Part shown: positions 29,748-39,630 of the stretch, piece by piece | Position numbering within the stretch: position 1 is the first letter of the stretch | How the letters are laid out: each line of letters starts with the position of its first letter | From: an uncultured Candidatus Saccharibacteria bacterium | GTDB lineage: Bacteria; Patescibacteriota; Minisyncoccia; Phycocordibacterales; JAKAEA01 | Direction: 5' to 3' | NCBI GenBank assembly: GCA_964577595.1 | Contig: CAZNZK010000002.1 | Location: forward strand, 86,163 to 150,162 | Length of the DNA stretch: 64,000 nucleotides | Program-made: the position numbers and the translations under genes | The notes under the pieces: model-generated | The model's input: only the letters and a program-made list of their open reading frames with translations | What the model was told of the DNA's origin: nothing | Databases searched by the model: none

Positions 29748-30122
29748 TTAAATGGAGTAATCTAAATGGTTCTGTTGTTGTAGCCACGCTCCGTATTCTT
29801 TAAGTTGCGTATGATATCTGGCGCGCGCAGCCGCATATACTGCAAGCACATCTACTACCCAGCCTAAAATATCAGCATATGGTATAAGACCAACAATAAA
29901 TCCTAGAACATAGCCAGCAATCACACCTTTCGTGTATTTAACGCCGATAATTTTGTACCAGAAACCAAAAATAGCGCCAATAAAAAAATCACCAACCCCA
30001 CTCGCTACCCAACCTGCAAAGGGAAGAAAATCTACGCCGAATTGGATCAGATCCACCAATACTGCAAACATAAGCAAGAGCGTCAGCATCCCTTTACTGA
30101 TAGGCATCTTAGGTTTCTGCAT
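29748..30122 (-). CDS. Small hydrophobic membrane protein
   Basis: Three to four TM segments; stop-adjacent to the VirB4-like gene. Confidence 0.65.
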   Translation of the reverse strand: MQKPKMPISKGMLTLLLMFAVLVDLIQFGVDFLPFAGWVASGVGDFFIGAIFGFWYKIIGVKYTKGVIAGYVLGFIVGLIPYADILGWVVDVLAVYAAARARYHTQLKEYGAWLQQQNHLDYSI

Positions 30123-30123
30123 G

Positions 30124-31917
30124 TTATTTCAAATCCTCTTTAGCTTTTTTGATGGCGAAAATTTGGGAAGGGTCGGATGTGATGATTTGGTCTTCTGTGT
30201 AGGAGGCGATGACTTTAATGGCGACGTGCTTGAGGCCGGCGAAGAAAATGCCCTCCCCTACGCCGGATTCCAATAAGAGGTATTTCTCCTCATCGGTAAG
30301 GTTGAAGGTTTGCTGGAGTTTGTCTATCGCGGTCGGTGACTGCTTCATTAGGAATTGTATAGAAGAGTTGGTAATAATAGGAATGCCATAAGGCGAACCA
30401 AGGAAATCGCCGACGTCCTGAGTGATAGTGGCGATGCCAAGGTAGTATTTGCGGCCACGTTTCACCAAGCTCATCAAAAATGAAGCCGTGTCTTCGGAGC
30501 GCATCATCCACCAAGCCTCGTCAATTACCAGGAGTCGCTTTTTAATGTTGCGACGAATACTGTTCCAGATGTAATGGGTAACAATATACATGGCAATAGG
30601 CTTGAGTTCATCTTCCATGTCACGCACTGAAAACACCACAAACTTTTTATTAACGTCCACGTTGGAAGGGTTGTTGAGAAAGCCCGCCCAGGTGCCCTTG
30701 GTGTATTTAGTGAGGCGCTGAGCGAGCGAGGCGCCCCCTTCCATGCCGGCAAGCACAAGCTCAAAATCGGAAAGGAGTGGCGGGTCAATGTTAGTGAAAT
30801 TGTTTTCCGGCGTAATATCCTTAAGCGCGTAGGTTTCGCTAATGGCACGGTCAATGATGGCGTCTTCTTCGGGCGTGAGGCCGCCCATCATCAAGCGAAA
30901 GAGGCCAACAAGGTTAATGATGTTGGAGCGCAACACTTCAGCAGGCGACTCGTCGGCAAGTACGGGCGGCAATTCAAAAGGGTTGATATGGTTCTCGGAG
31001 TTGAGGGAAATATTGAAATAGCGCCCGCCGGTCGCTTCGGCAAGGTATTCGTATTCCCTCTCGGGGTCAATGACAATAACTTCAGTATCAAACATAAGCG
31101 TGCGCAGGATTTCCAGCTTGGTGGCATAGCTTTTACCGGCGCCGCTCTTCGCGAAGGTGATGGAGTTGTAGTTTTCCAACGAGAAGCGGTCAAAAAGCAC
31201 CAATGAGGAATTGTGGCGATTAATGCCGTAAAGAATACCTTTGTCACTGGTTAGATCAAAAGAAATGAAGGGAAAAACACTCGCCAGGGTGGACGAATTG
31301 ATTTTTGAATTTACCGCCAGCTCATCATTAGCCAGGGGTAACATGGTACGAAAGCCTGTTTCTTGCTGAAAAAGGGCTGGCTTCACATAGATAAGCTTTG
31401 ATTCTAGGATGGATTTTATTTCGGACTCTATTTTGTCCAACTCGGCTTCAGTTTCGCCGTAGACGGAAATATAGAGGCCGACATCAAAAAGCTTTTCTTG
31501 AGCTTGCTGGAGCGAGTCGCGTAAACCCTCTAAGTCTTGGTACGCGGTATCAAGCATGGGGTCGCGCACCAGGCCTTTTTCCTCGCGCATGGAAATTTGG
31601 CTTTGTACCTCAGCTACTTTTTTCTGGAAGTGGCGCAAAATAGTGGCGGTGTCTATAGGGTGGAAGAAAATGGAGATATCAAAGACGCGATCAAGGTCAA
31701 TGATGGGGGCGAACCAGTCTTCTGAAAGAAAACGTGGATAGGAAATGACGAAGAAGGTGCGCATAATTTTGTCACCAAGCGAGAGCGAGCGCGGGCCTAC
31801 TTTCAGGGCCGACGGCGCTAAAATGTCTTTAAATTCAAGGTTGGAGGCGCGGTACAGCTCGGCGGGCAGGGCGACGCTCGTGGCTAATTTTTCTGTTTTT
31901 TTGCCAAATCCAAACAT
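30124..31917 (-). CDS. VirB4/TraE-like conjugation-type ATPase
   Basis: Walker A AKSGAGKS, VIDPEREY, INPF, Walker B LLVIDEAW, KRGRKY...ITQ. Confidence 0.9.
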   Translation of the reverse strand: MFGFGKKTEKLATSVALPAELYRASNLEFKDILAPSALKVGPRSLSLGDKIMRTFFVISYPRFLSEDWFAPIIDLDRVFDISIFFHPIDTATILRHFQKKVAEVQSQISMREEKGLVRDPMLDTAYQDLEGLRDSLQQAQEKLFDVGLYISVYGETEAELDKIESEIKSILESKLIYVKPALFQQETGFRTMLPLANDELAVNSKINSSTLASVFPFISFDLTSDKGILYGINRHNSSLVLFDRFSLENYNSITFAKSGAGKSYATKLEILRTLMFDTEVIVIDPEREYEYLAEATGGRYFNISLNSENHINPFELPPVLADESPAEVLRSNIINLVGLFRLMMGGLTPEEDAIIDRAISETYALKDITPENNFTNIDPPLLSDFELVLAGMEGGASLAQRLTKYTKGTWAGFLNNPSNVDVNKKFVVFSVRDMEDELKPIAMYIVTHYIWNSIRRNIKKRLLVIDEAWWMMRSEDTASFLMSLVKRGRKYYLGIATITQDVGDFLGSPYGIPIITNSSIQFLMKQSPTAIDKLQQTFNLTDEEKYLLLESGVGEGIFFAGLKHVAIKVIASYTEDQIITSDPSQIFAIKKAKEDLK

Positions 31918-31918
31918 A

Positions 31919-32560
31919 TTAATTGCTTAATTTAATTGGTTTTTCTGTTTCTCCAGGGTTGAAGAGCTTGTAGAACAGCTCGGTGATTTCCTCGGGGCCG
32001 AGCTCGGCGGCCCGCAGGCCACAGCGCGTCAAGCCACCTTCTACCACCGCCACCCGCTCCTCAAGCTGTACACGGTGCTCTTCAAATGCTTCAGCGTCAT
32101 TTTTAGCTTTTTCGGCCACAGTTTTTCTGCCAAAACTAAAGAAGCGGCCGGCTGACTTGCTGTTCAGTGTTGCTGGCGTGTATGGGATCACAATAAAAAA
32201 ACTCTTACTCATAATATTGTGTGTCTCGGTAAAATCTTTGACGAAGCCGATATATTCTTGAATTTGTACCTTCATAAGGTCGTCCACCTGCTCTTTAAGG
32301 CGCTGGTCGAGAAGGGCCAGGTAGGGCCGGATATCAAGTTTGCGCGATTGGACAAAAATTTGAATGGAAAAATCCAGCGAGTTCAGGAGGTTTTGAAATT
32401 GGTAGAGAATGGCCTGCTGTTCATCTGGCGATTTAAGGGCGAAGTTGAGAGAAGAAACAAAAAGGATAGCTCGCAAAGAGCCATCCTTCAGAATGGCGGC
32501 TGTATCACGGATTTCTTGGATAGGAACAAATTCTTGAGTTGGTTTGCCGAGAGTGGCCAT
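31919..32560 (-). CDS. TraC-like / VirB4 N-terminal-like T4SS component
   Basis: NFALKSPDEQ...LNSLDFSIQI...FFIVIPY; lies between the PrgI-like and VirB4-like genes. Confidence 0.7.
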   Translation of the reverse strand: MATLGKPTQEFVPIQEIRDTAAILKDGSLRAILFVSSLNFALKSPDEQQAILYQFQNLLNSLDFSIQIFVQSRKLDIRPYLALLDQRLKEQVDDLMKVQIQEYIGFVKDFTETHNIMSKSFFIVIPYTPATLNSKSAGRFFSFGRKTVAEKAKNDAEAFEEHRVQLEERVAVVEGGLTRCGLRAAELGPEEITELFYKLFNPGETEKPIKLSN

Positions 32561-32613
32561 GCCGCTATTGTAGCATTTTTATCCAGCACCACTCAGTTTT
32601 TAGCTCAAAAGCG

Positions 32614-33051
32614 CTACTTTGTATTTGTCCTGGCATCGCTCGTTACGGGGTTTTCCGCCTGGCGCACGTCTAAAGTCCAGGCCAAATCCTTCAACTTGCT
32701 GTCGCCGAGCTTTGGAATGAATGAGGTTGGCATTTCTGTTTCATTTTCCGCTGTTGGCAGAGCCACATTCTGTTCCTCCTTGTGCCAGATGTAGAGCTTG
32801 GGGTGGAGTGTGTAGTTGAACCATGATTCCATAGCGAATATAAAAGGCCGATTATTGATTTTATAGAAAGCTAAAGCCAGAGAAAATCCCAGAATTACTA
32901 AAATTGGCACAGTAAAAAGATACCAGGGCAAAAAAAGATATAGAGCAATAGAGGCGCCAATACCGCCAGCCACGTAAATAAATTGCTTTAGGGTGAGTGG
33001 CCCGAAGATTTTATCCTCAACCTCAATGAATTGTGGTACTTGGTAACGCAT
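32614..33051 (-). CDS. PrgI family (VirB3-like) protein
   Basis: VPQFIEVEDKIFGPLTLKQF, two TM segments, KINNRPF. Confidence 0.85.
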   Translation of the reverse strand: MRYQVPQFIEVEDKIFGPLTLKQFIYVAGGIGASIALYLFLPWYLFTVPILVILGFSLALAFYKINNRPFIFAMESWFNYTLHPKLYIWHKEEQNVALPTAENETEMPTSFIPKLGDSKLKDLAWTLDVRQAENPVTSDARTNTK

Positions 33052-33068
33052 GTGTGCTTATTATAGCA

Positions 33069-33986
33069 CTACGGTAAGGGCTGTTCGCGATAGGGGTCAT
33101 AACCTTTTGGGTATGGTTTGGGTTGTTGTGTCGTTGACGGAATGGGTGGAGGTGTCGGCTTGGGCGGAATAGATGGGGTTGGTGTGGGTGGTGGCGTCAT
33201 CAGCACCTCTTTTTGCGGAATGTTCACCGGTCGGGCGAGCTTTGCCAACTCAATCGGCCCCTCATATTTTTCCAATACGGGCAGGTTGGGTGGTGGCGGG
33301 GCAGTTTTTATCGGAGTGACGGGGATTGCGGGGGTTTGAGTAGTGGAAGCTACGGGGGTTGGGGCGGTGGGATTAGTGACGACGGAGGTTTTCGTCGCGG
33401 CACTTGCGGCGGCCCGTTCCCCTGCCGTGGCCATACTTTGGTTGCCCAAGCTATCTAGTTTTTTAATGAATGAATCCGCCGTCGGTGTGTCTTTTAGTTT
33501 ATTCAATTCAATTTGCGAACGTGGCAATACCGACGTGTAGCTGGACGCCGGTTTCTCCACTCCATTTCCGTAATTGGGAAGCCCCACGAATTTTCGCACT
33601 TCGCCCGCTGGACGTGGTTGGATGGCTTGAGATGTTTTGAGTGGAGTTGGCGATTTCTCATCTATTTCTTTCATTGCTTGATTGTAAAGATCGTAGGCCT
33701 TAAGCATTATTTTGTCCCCCACTTCTCCAAACAACCGCCCCGCCTCCTCTTTAGAAAAATCAAATTTTTCCTGAGCCGAAGCAATAAAATTATCCGCAGA
33801 AGCCATCGCTACCAACAAGGCAAATACACCACGTCGGAACTCTCTTTTGTCTGATTCGTCGGTTAGAGAAAAAGCGTTAGCCACATCTTGGAGCTTTTCC
33901 ATAACTTCGTCGCTCAGAATATAGTCCTGAACAGTGGGGGGTACTCCCTCAAACGCCTTTTGCAATTGTTCGTTGGTGTAGTTCAT
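33069..33986 (-). CDS. Hypothetical protein with Pro-rich disordered tail
   Basis: Helical N-terminus, Pro/Thr-rich C-terminus ending YDPYREQPLP. Confidence 0.65.
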   Translation of the reverse strand: MNYTNEQLQKAFEGVPPTVQDYILSDEVMEKLQDVANAFSLTDESDKREFRRGVFALLVAMASADNFIASAQEKFDFSKEEAGRLFGEVGDKIMLKAYDLYNQAMKEIDEKSPTPLKTSQAIQPRPAGEVRKFVGLPNYGNGVEKPASSYTSVLPRSQIELNKLKDTPTADSFIKKLDSLGNQSMATAGERAAASAATKTSVVTNPTAPTPVASTTQTPAIPVTPIKTAPPPPNLPVLEKYEGPIELAKLARPVNIPQKEVLMTPPPTPTPSIPPKPTPPPIPSTTQQPKPYPKGYDPYREQPLP

Positions 33987-33989
33987 GTA

Positions 33990-36551
33990 TTAACGTGTTG
34001 ACTGTGGTGGTGTGGGTGGATTCTGAATAGGGGGCGGTTGTACTGGGGGTGGCTGTACTGGCGGAATTGGCCCAGCGGTTGCTTTGATTGGAGGAACTCT
34101 TACGGGGGTCTGTTGTGTCTCCTTCAAATCATATTCTCCCTTACTGTCGAGGCTTCCTATTATTTGCTGTGGTCCTTGATTTTTGTCTTGATCGGCAGAT
34201 TTCTTCCGTACTTCTGTGGGGGGCACGGGTGTTTTTTCAGTGTCCTGGGGTTTTGGAGTTTGTGTTTTCGCTCCCGCTTGGGTTTTTTGAAGCGCTTTAC
34301 GGTCTGCCTCGCTAAGATCCTTAGACTTCAAGAAGTTCTTCTGAACGTGTTCGGGCAGATATTTAAAGCCACCTCTCTGGGCATCTTTGGGTAGTTTTGA
34401 AAGGTCTTTATCGGGTACGCTTTCAATCGCTGCTTGGATACCCGCTTCATCCCCGGCGGCAATTGCGTCTCTAATGTTGTCGGCATATCCTTCAGTTCTT
34501 TCCTTGTCTTCCGCTCCCTTATCCGCGGCCTTTTCTTTCGTTAAGAAACGATCAACAGCACCCTCAACGGAAGCTTTGTGCATACCACTCACCAAACTCA
34601 CTCTAGTGGAGTGGTCGGCCCAGTGAGTTAATAGGCCAGTTTGACCAGCTTTCCTTTCATTATCACGTATCTTTTCGGTTTTCTTGATATCAGTTTCAGT
34701 ATCTCTAACGCTCTTGGATAGTGCGTCTCTCTTGTCGCGATATATTTTTCTTGCGGCCTGCTTCGCAATTTGTCTTTCTTGTTCAGTAAGATTTCTTTCT
34801 TGTCCTGTTTGTTGGTCAACAACTTTCTGCCCAGCCAGTTTATTGTTCAATCTCTCCTCGGATATTTCCTGTGCCGTGGCTATATGCTTAGCTAGCTCAA
34901 GTCTTGTCGCAGACAATTTACTCTTTGAGTTCTGGAGATCTTCCATAGTTTTCTGTGTCGCCGCTCCGCCCTTTTTCGCGTACTCAACAAGCTCTTTTTC
35001 TTCAGCTTCAACACGGGTTCTATACCCACCCTCCACGCCCTTATTAACCGTGAGACCGGCTTTGGTGCTCAAATTTTGGAAAGTCTTGGTGTTGCGAAGG
35101 TCGCCACTAGCGTCTCTAACGGCAGTTGCTCTCTTGTCTAATTGTCTGCCAATGGCGCGTGTTACGAAGTTGTTGGATGTTCTCATGCCCCGAATTTTCT
35201 CGCCAAATTGACTACCATCGCCGGTAAGTTTTTCAGCAGCCGCGCCCACGGTGCCGCGGTATGCTTTTCCACCTAGAGCCGCGGCGCCATTTACTGCAAA
35301 TCCGGAAATTTTATTCACGGCCTTCCCCACCAACGCATTGCCGTAGGAAGCGGCGGTGACGGCAAGGTAGAGGGCGGCAACCATGAGGCCGATGATAGTG
35401 AGGAAGAAGAGAATTTGATCCACACCTGTGCCACTAGTAAGGACGGTAGCAAAACTATTCGAGGCGGCCACCTGACCATTAGGTGCGAGGAGGCTGTTAA
35501 CCAAGTTGGTCACTTGAAATCCTCTATTAATCAAAAGTGCCACAAACCAAATGAGCAACATATACACAATTCCAAAAGTCAGTTGGCCAGCAAGCATTCG
35601 CCACCATTTTGAGGCGTTTTCTTGTGTGCTGGGTAGAGCAAAAAATAAAAAGGCCAGAGGCGAAAGAACCATGAGAAATATAAGGAGAATGAAGCGTGTT
35701 AGGAATAATATGGCTACGGCGCCGAAGGTGACAGCAGTAATTAGAAGAAAAATAGAGCCACCAATACCGACAAGAAGGATGGTGCCGAAGCTTAGGTTGG
35801 ACAAACTAGTGATGGCACTTGCGGAACTGGAGGCGCCTGCTTGAGAGAATGCATAAATAGTGCTCAACCCTAAAGGTTTGGCAAAGACGGTAGTAAAAGA
35901 ATCTGGCGTATGTAGGCCGTTGATGGTAGTGACCGTGGCGCCACTGCTGTGAAGGGTTAAATTATAGAATGCGAGAGTAAAAATGTTGGACCCATCAATA
36001 AGTAGTTTTGTGAAGAATAAACTGAAGTTCACCAAAAGGGCGACAATAATGAGGTTACGAATGATTCGCTTCGTGTCGTCGCCACCCTGACCAATGATTG
36101 TCTTTATGGCAACGTAAATTGCCATAAAAATGAAAACAATATTACCAAGACTTCGCACGTCAGCCCAAAGCGTATTGATTATTGAAGAACTTCCTAAATT
36201 TGCCATTAGATTGACCACGGTGACTCTCAGTACTTCGTCAAAAAGCGAGCCAACCAGGGTGACAATCCAACTACTTATAAAGAGTCCTGTGTAAGCAGAT
36301 CTGGCGAGCGATTGGCTGATTATGTCCCGCAAAGAAGCGAGAATTGATTGATCGACGCTATTAGCGACTGCTTGTACAGGATTTGGGAGGAGTGCTCCCA
36401 AAGGGCCAGTGGCCGCGGCTAAGGCTGCTCCCGTAAGTGTTGGGCCTTGTTGCGCATGCGCGGTTAGAGGTGTTGTGATAGAAGAAAAAACCGTTATTAC
36501 AACGAAACATAAAAGTGTACCCAGAATAATTTTAGAAGTAATCAGTCGCAT
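33990..36551 (-). CDS. VirB6/TrbL-like polytopic membrane protein with long hydrophilic tail
   Basis: WADVRSLGNIVFI, ALLVNFSLFFTKLLID, RFILLIFLMVLSPLAF...LP...KWW, then a charged helical/Pro-rich tail. Confidence 0.75.
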   Translation of the reverse strand: MRLITSKIILGTLLCFVVITVFSSITTPLTAHAQQGPTLTGAALAAATGPLGALLPNPVQAVANSVDQSILASLRDIISQSLARSAYTGLFISSWIVTLVGSLFDEVLRVTVVNLMANLGSSSIINTLWADVRSLGNIVFIFMAIYVAIKTIIGQGGDDTKRIIRNLIIVALLVNFSLFFTKLLIDGSNIFTLAFYNLTLHSSGATVTTINGLHTPDSFTTVFAKPLGLSTIYAFSQAGASSSASAITSLSNLSFGTILLVGIGGSIFLLITAVTFGAVAILFLTRFILLIFLMVLSPLAFLFFALPSTQENASKWWRMLAGQLTFGIVYMLLIWFVALLINRGFQVTNLVNSLLAPNGQVAASNSFATVLTSGTGVDQILFFLTIIGLMVAALYLAVTAASYGNALVGKAVNKISGFAVNGAAALGGKAYRGTVGAAAEKLTGDGSQFGEKIRGMRTSNNFVTRAIGRQLDKRATAVRDASGDLRNTKTFQNLSTKAGLTVNKGVEGGYRTRVEAEEKELVEYAKKGGAATQKTMEDLQNSKSKLSATRLELAKHIATAQEISEERLNNKLAGQKVVDQQTGQERNLTEQERQIAKQAARKIYRDKRDALSKSVRDTETDIKKTEKIRDNERKAGQTGLLTHWADHSTRVSLVSGMHKASVEGAVDRFLTKEKAADKGAEDKERTEGYADNIRDAIAAGDEAGIQAAIESVPDKDLSKLPKDAQRGGFKYLPEHVQKNFLKSKDLSEADRKALQKTQAGAKTQTPKPQDTEKTPVPPTEVRKKSADQDKNQGPQQIIGSLDSKGEYDLKETQQTPVRVPPIKATAGPIPPVQPPPVQPPPIQNPPTPPQSTR

Positions 36552-36553
36552 GT

Positions 36554-38701
36554 TTATTGAGCGTATGGCGCTGAAGGCGTGGCGGATGTTGCCGCGCTGG
36601 CGCCACTTATGGCCTCAACCGTGCGGCTGGCGCTGCTGACAACGCCATAAGGATCGGTGGCGGTGTAGGTGATGGTGTACTGCTGGCCGTTGGCAAGGGT
36701 GGTACCGGGGTCAACGATACTCGTGCCGCTACTGTACGAAACCGTGATAGGAGTGCTTGAACCTGTGGCATCAACGGCAGTGGCTCCCGCATCGTAGGTG
36801 CTGAGCGGCTGACCAACGGAGCCAATAATGGAGGGTTGACCGTTCATGGTAATGGTTGGGCCATTGTCTTCAAATACCTGTACTTCCGCCAGTTGGAGCG
36901 AGCCTACTGTTACTCCCTGAATAGTCACATAGCGGCCAGAGACAGCTTGCGGCAAAATGAGCGTGTAGGGATTTCCCGCAATAGTAGGCATTACTGGAAT
37001 GCCGGCCAGGGCGCTATCCCAAACCACCGAGTTGTTTTGATCGCTGACGACTACTTTGAATGTGGCTGGCACATTGCTAACACCGGGGCCAAGATCCCAG
37101 CCGTCACCAGAGGAGATGTTGTGTGGGTATATGACTATCTTGAAGAGGTTATCGGTTTGTTGGCCAAGGTCTATTACGAAGGAACCTTTTTGCGAAGATG
37201 GCGAGGTGATGGCACCACTCCACGTGCCGCCGTGTCCGCTTTCGCCGCCCATTGCAGTGTTGCCGTCGGTAAGGTTGGCCGCATCGTATGTGGGGCGGGC
37301 CGTCGGTGAAGCAGTAACCATTTTCCCTTGGGTGACGTTGGTGGAGCCGCCAGTGGTGCCAGGTGTCTGATTAATGGTTTGTGTGCCGACATTTTGCAAC
37401 TGAGTGGTTGTAGTGTTTTCTTCAGCCTGAGAAATAGCCGTTTCTGCCGTAGAGCTAGCCTGGGCTTCAGCGGCTATTTGCGCCCATACTCCCGAGCTTA
37501 CTCCCCCGCCGCCACCTCCCGCTGAAGCAATTCCGCCCGCGCCTAAGCCTAAAGCGCCCAACCCTGTTTTAAGAAGCTCATTGAAAAGCGCGTTGAAGAT
37601 TTTATCCAAGTCATCGGCGACGCCAAGCTGGTCGGCGGGCACATTCAGTTGATTTTGCAGGGTGTCGGCAATGGTTTTGCCGGGCGTTGTGATGGTGCAG
37701 GAGTCGCTGGCAGGGTCGGAAGAAATGTCGTTCCCAAGAGAATCTCTTCCAATTACTGTTGAGCCGGCACTGGCATTTGCGGGCGCTTTCGTGCCCGAGC
37801 CAACGGTTGCGGAAACAGATACCCCATTTCCTCCCGGTTTCACGTATTTATAGGTTACAGGATCAGCGTGACTCGGGTATTCTGTGTGCGTGCAGTCTTG
37901 TTGTGATAAAAAGCCGCTACCCCAATTTAATTGGGATGAAACAGTATTAACCTGATCAACGATTTGGTTCTCTATACTATTTACCGACGATAAAAAAGCG
38001 CCATACGGGTTGCTTTGATCATTCATGGCTGTAGCCAAAAAACTTCCCCAGTCTTGAAAATTACTCGGGTCGCTTTCAGCATTGGCGGTTGCACAAATAT
38101 TACTGGAACCGGAAGATGATTGAGACTGAGAAACGTCGCCTCCGCCGCCAGTGCCGCTGACATTTAGATTGATACCAAAATTCGCGGCCAGGCCGGCGAG
38201 CAGTTGTGCTTTAAAGGGGCTACATATATTGACGCCGATACCGTTGTTGATGCCGGCAAGTGCTCCGGCGACAACTTGGTCGCCAATATTTTGGAACATC
38301 TTCCCCGGATCGCCCACAAAAGCCGCCGAGCCGTGGAAGCCGCTATTAATGTAACTGACGATTTGGTTGGTCATTTGCGTAAGGAGCATTTTGCCGATCA
38401 TAAGCGCTAAGCCGTGCTCGATACAGTCTTTGAAAAAATTTTGCAGGCCATTGCCGGCGGAAATCATTTGGCTGCTTATTTGGCCGTTTGCTCCTATCGG
38501 CACACCCATGATTGCCGCCTGCGCTTGCATAGTGATGGAAGTGGCCGCCGCTGTTGCATAACCACTGATACAGCCGGAAACTGTCGCCTGGGCGGTCGGT
38601 GGTGGTATAAAAGCAAAAACACTTGGAACGGCAACGGCAATTGCCAGCACTATCGCCAGCAATTTTTGTCCCACTGTTTTGTTAGTATAAAAAAAGTTCA
38701 T
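36554..38701 (-). CDS. Large secreted protein with C-terminal F5/8C (discoidin)-like and Ig-like domains
   Basis: Signal peptide; AANLTDGN...W...FVIDLG...GRYVTI...LQLAEVQVF discoidin pattern; GPTITMNG...DAGATAVD...YTITYTATD Ig-like pattern. Confidence 0.7.
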   Translation of the reverse strand: MNFFYTNKTVGQKLLAIVLAIAVAVPSVFAFIPPPTAQATVSGCISGYATAAATSITMQAQAAIMGVPIGANGQISSQMISAGNGLQNFFKDCIEHGLALMIGKMLLTQMTNQIVSYINSGFHGSAAFVGDPGKMFQNIGDQVVAGALAGINNGIGVNICSPFKAQLLAGLAANFGINLNVSGTGGGGDVSQSQSSSGSSNICATANAESDPSNFQDWGSFLATAMNDQSNPYGAFLSSVNSIENQIVDQVNTVSSQLNWGSGFLSQQDCTHTEYPSHADPVTYKYVKPGGNGVSVSATVGSGTKAPANASAGSTVIGRDSLGNDISSDPASDSCTITTPGKTIADTLQNQLNVPADQLGVADDLDKIFNALFNELLKTGLGALGLGAGGIASAGGGGGGVSSGVWAQIAAEAQASSTAETAISQAEENTTTTQLQNVGTQTINQTPGTTGGSTNVTQGKMVTASPTARPTYDAANLTDGNTAMGGESGHGGTWSGAITSPSSQKGSFVIDLGQQTDNLFKIVIYPHNISSGDGWDLGPGVSNVPATFKVVVSDQNNSVVWDSALAGIPVMPTIAGNPYTLILPQAVSGRYVTIQGVTVGSLQLAEVQVFEDNGPTITMNGQPSIIGSVGQPLSTYDAGATAVDATGSSTPITVSYSSGTSIVDPGTTLANGQQYTITYTATDPYGVVSSASRTVEAISGASAATSATPSAPYAQ

Positions 38702-39612
38702 TGCGTGGATGCGGCTATGAATCTGTATCCCGGTTCTGTGGGGCCGAAGGTGATGCCGTTTTTGGCAAAAAGCGGGCCGAGGGCGGAAATGTCGTTATAA
38801 ATGGCGGGCGCGACTTGCTCGTAATTTTGCACCGCTGAGACGGTAAAAACCGGATCGGTGAAAAGTTTCTGCATGCCTTCCACGGAATTTTCAGCTTGGC
38901 TAAAATCGTTAAGTATTGCTAAATGCAGAGCCGCCACTGATGATGGAACTGGCACCGTCGACAATCCTTTTATGATGCCACTATACGACTTCGTTATTAT
39001 AGCAAGATTGGCCAAATCGTCGGGATTACCACTGTTGACAGCCGCTTGGAGAATGTCTAGTTCATTGAGATTTTGCGGGACACTGTTGCGGGCAACAACG
39101 GCACCGACGGCATTGCCATACGCGTGGAAAGCCGCCGCCGAAGTGTTATTGATTACAACAATGTCGGCAATGGTAAAGACTTTTGCTTGCGGAATATGGT
39201 TGGTAACGTCGCCGTTTTGAATGAGGTTGGGAATGAGCGAGCTTTCTTCATCGGGGGTGAGGGTTTGGCCCGACTGCTTCATGGTCATGTATTGATTGAT
39301 GAATTCTTGGGAAAGGGCCTCAGTTGCGGTTAAAGGCTTTGCGGCTGTGGCTATGCTGTTGCCTGAGCCAGTGCTTGTGGTTGTGTCCGCGGGTGAGGAA
39401 GTCGCTAACGCCATAAGTTGGCTTTGGATTTTTTGGTATACAGCATCGGCGAGGCCGGTGGTATTGACCACGTTAAGGTTGGTTAAGGCCTGCTGGTGTG
39501 CGGCTGCTTGTGGATTATAAAAAAGAATCACCATAACTAAGCCGATGCTTACAACACAAACAGCCAGAATAGGCAAAATCTTCCTCGACGGCGCTGGCGG
39601 GCGGCGGCTCAT
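38698..39612 (-). CDS. Membrane-anchored hypothetical protein
   Basis: N-terminal TM followed by a helical extracellular domain; first gene of the minus-strand cluster. Confidence 0.65.
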   Translation of the reverse strand: MSRRPPAPSRKILPILAVCVVSIGLVMVILFYNPQAAAHQQALTNLNVVNTTGLADAVYQKIQSQLMALATSSPADTTTSTGSGNSIATAAKPLTATEALSQEFINQYMTMKQSGQTLTPDEESSLIPNLIQNGDVTNHIPQAKVFTIADIVVINNTSAAAFHAYGNAVGAVVARNSVPQNLNELDILQAAVNSGNPDDLANLAIITKSYSGIIKGLSTVPVPSSVAALHLAILNDFSQAENSVEGMQKLFTDPVFTVSAVQNYEQVAPAIYNDISALGPLFAKNGITFGPTEPGYRFIAASTQ

Positions 39613-39630
39613 GGGGTTATTATATCATAC

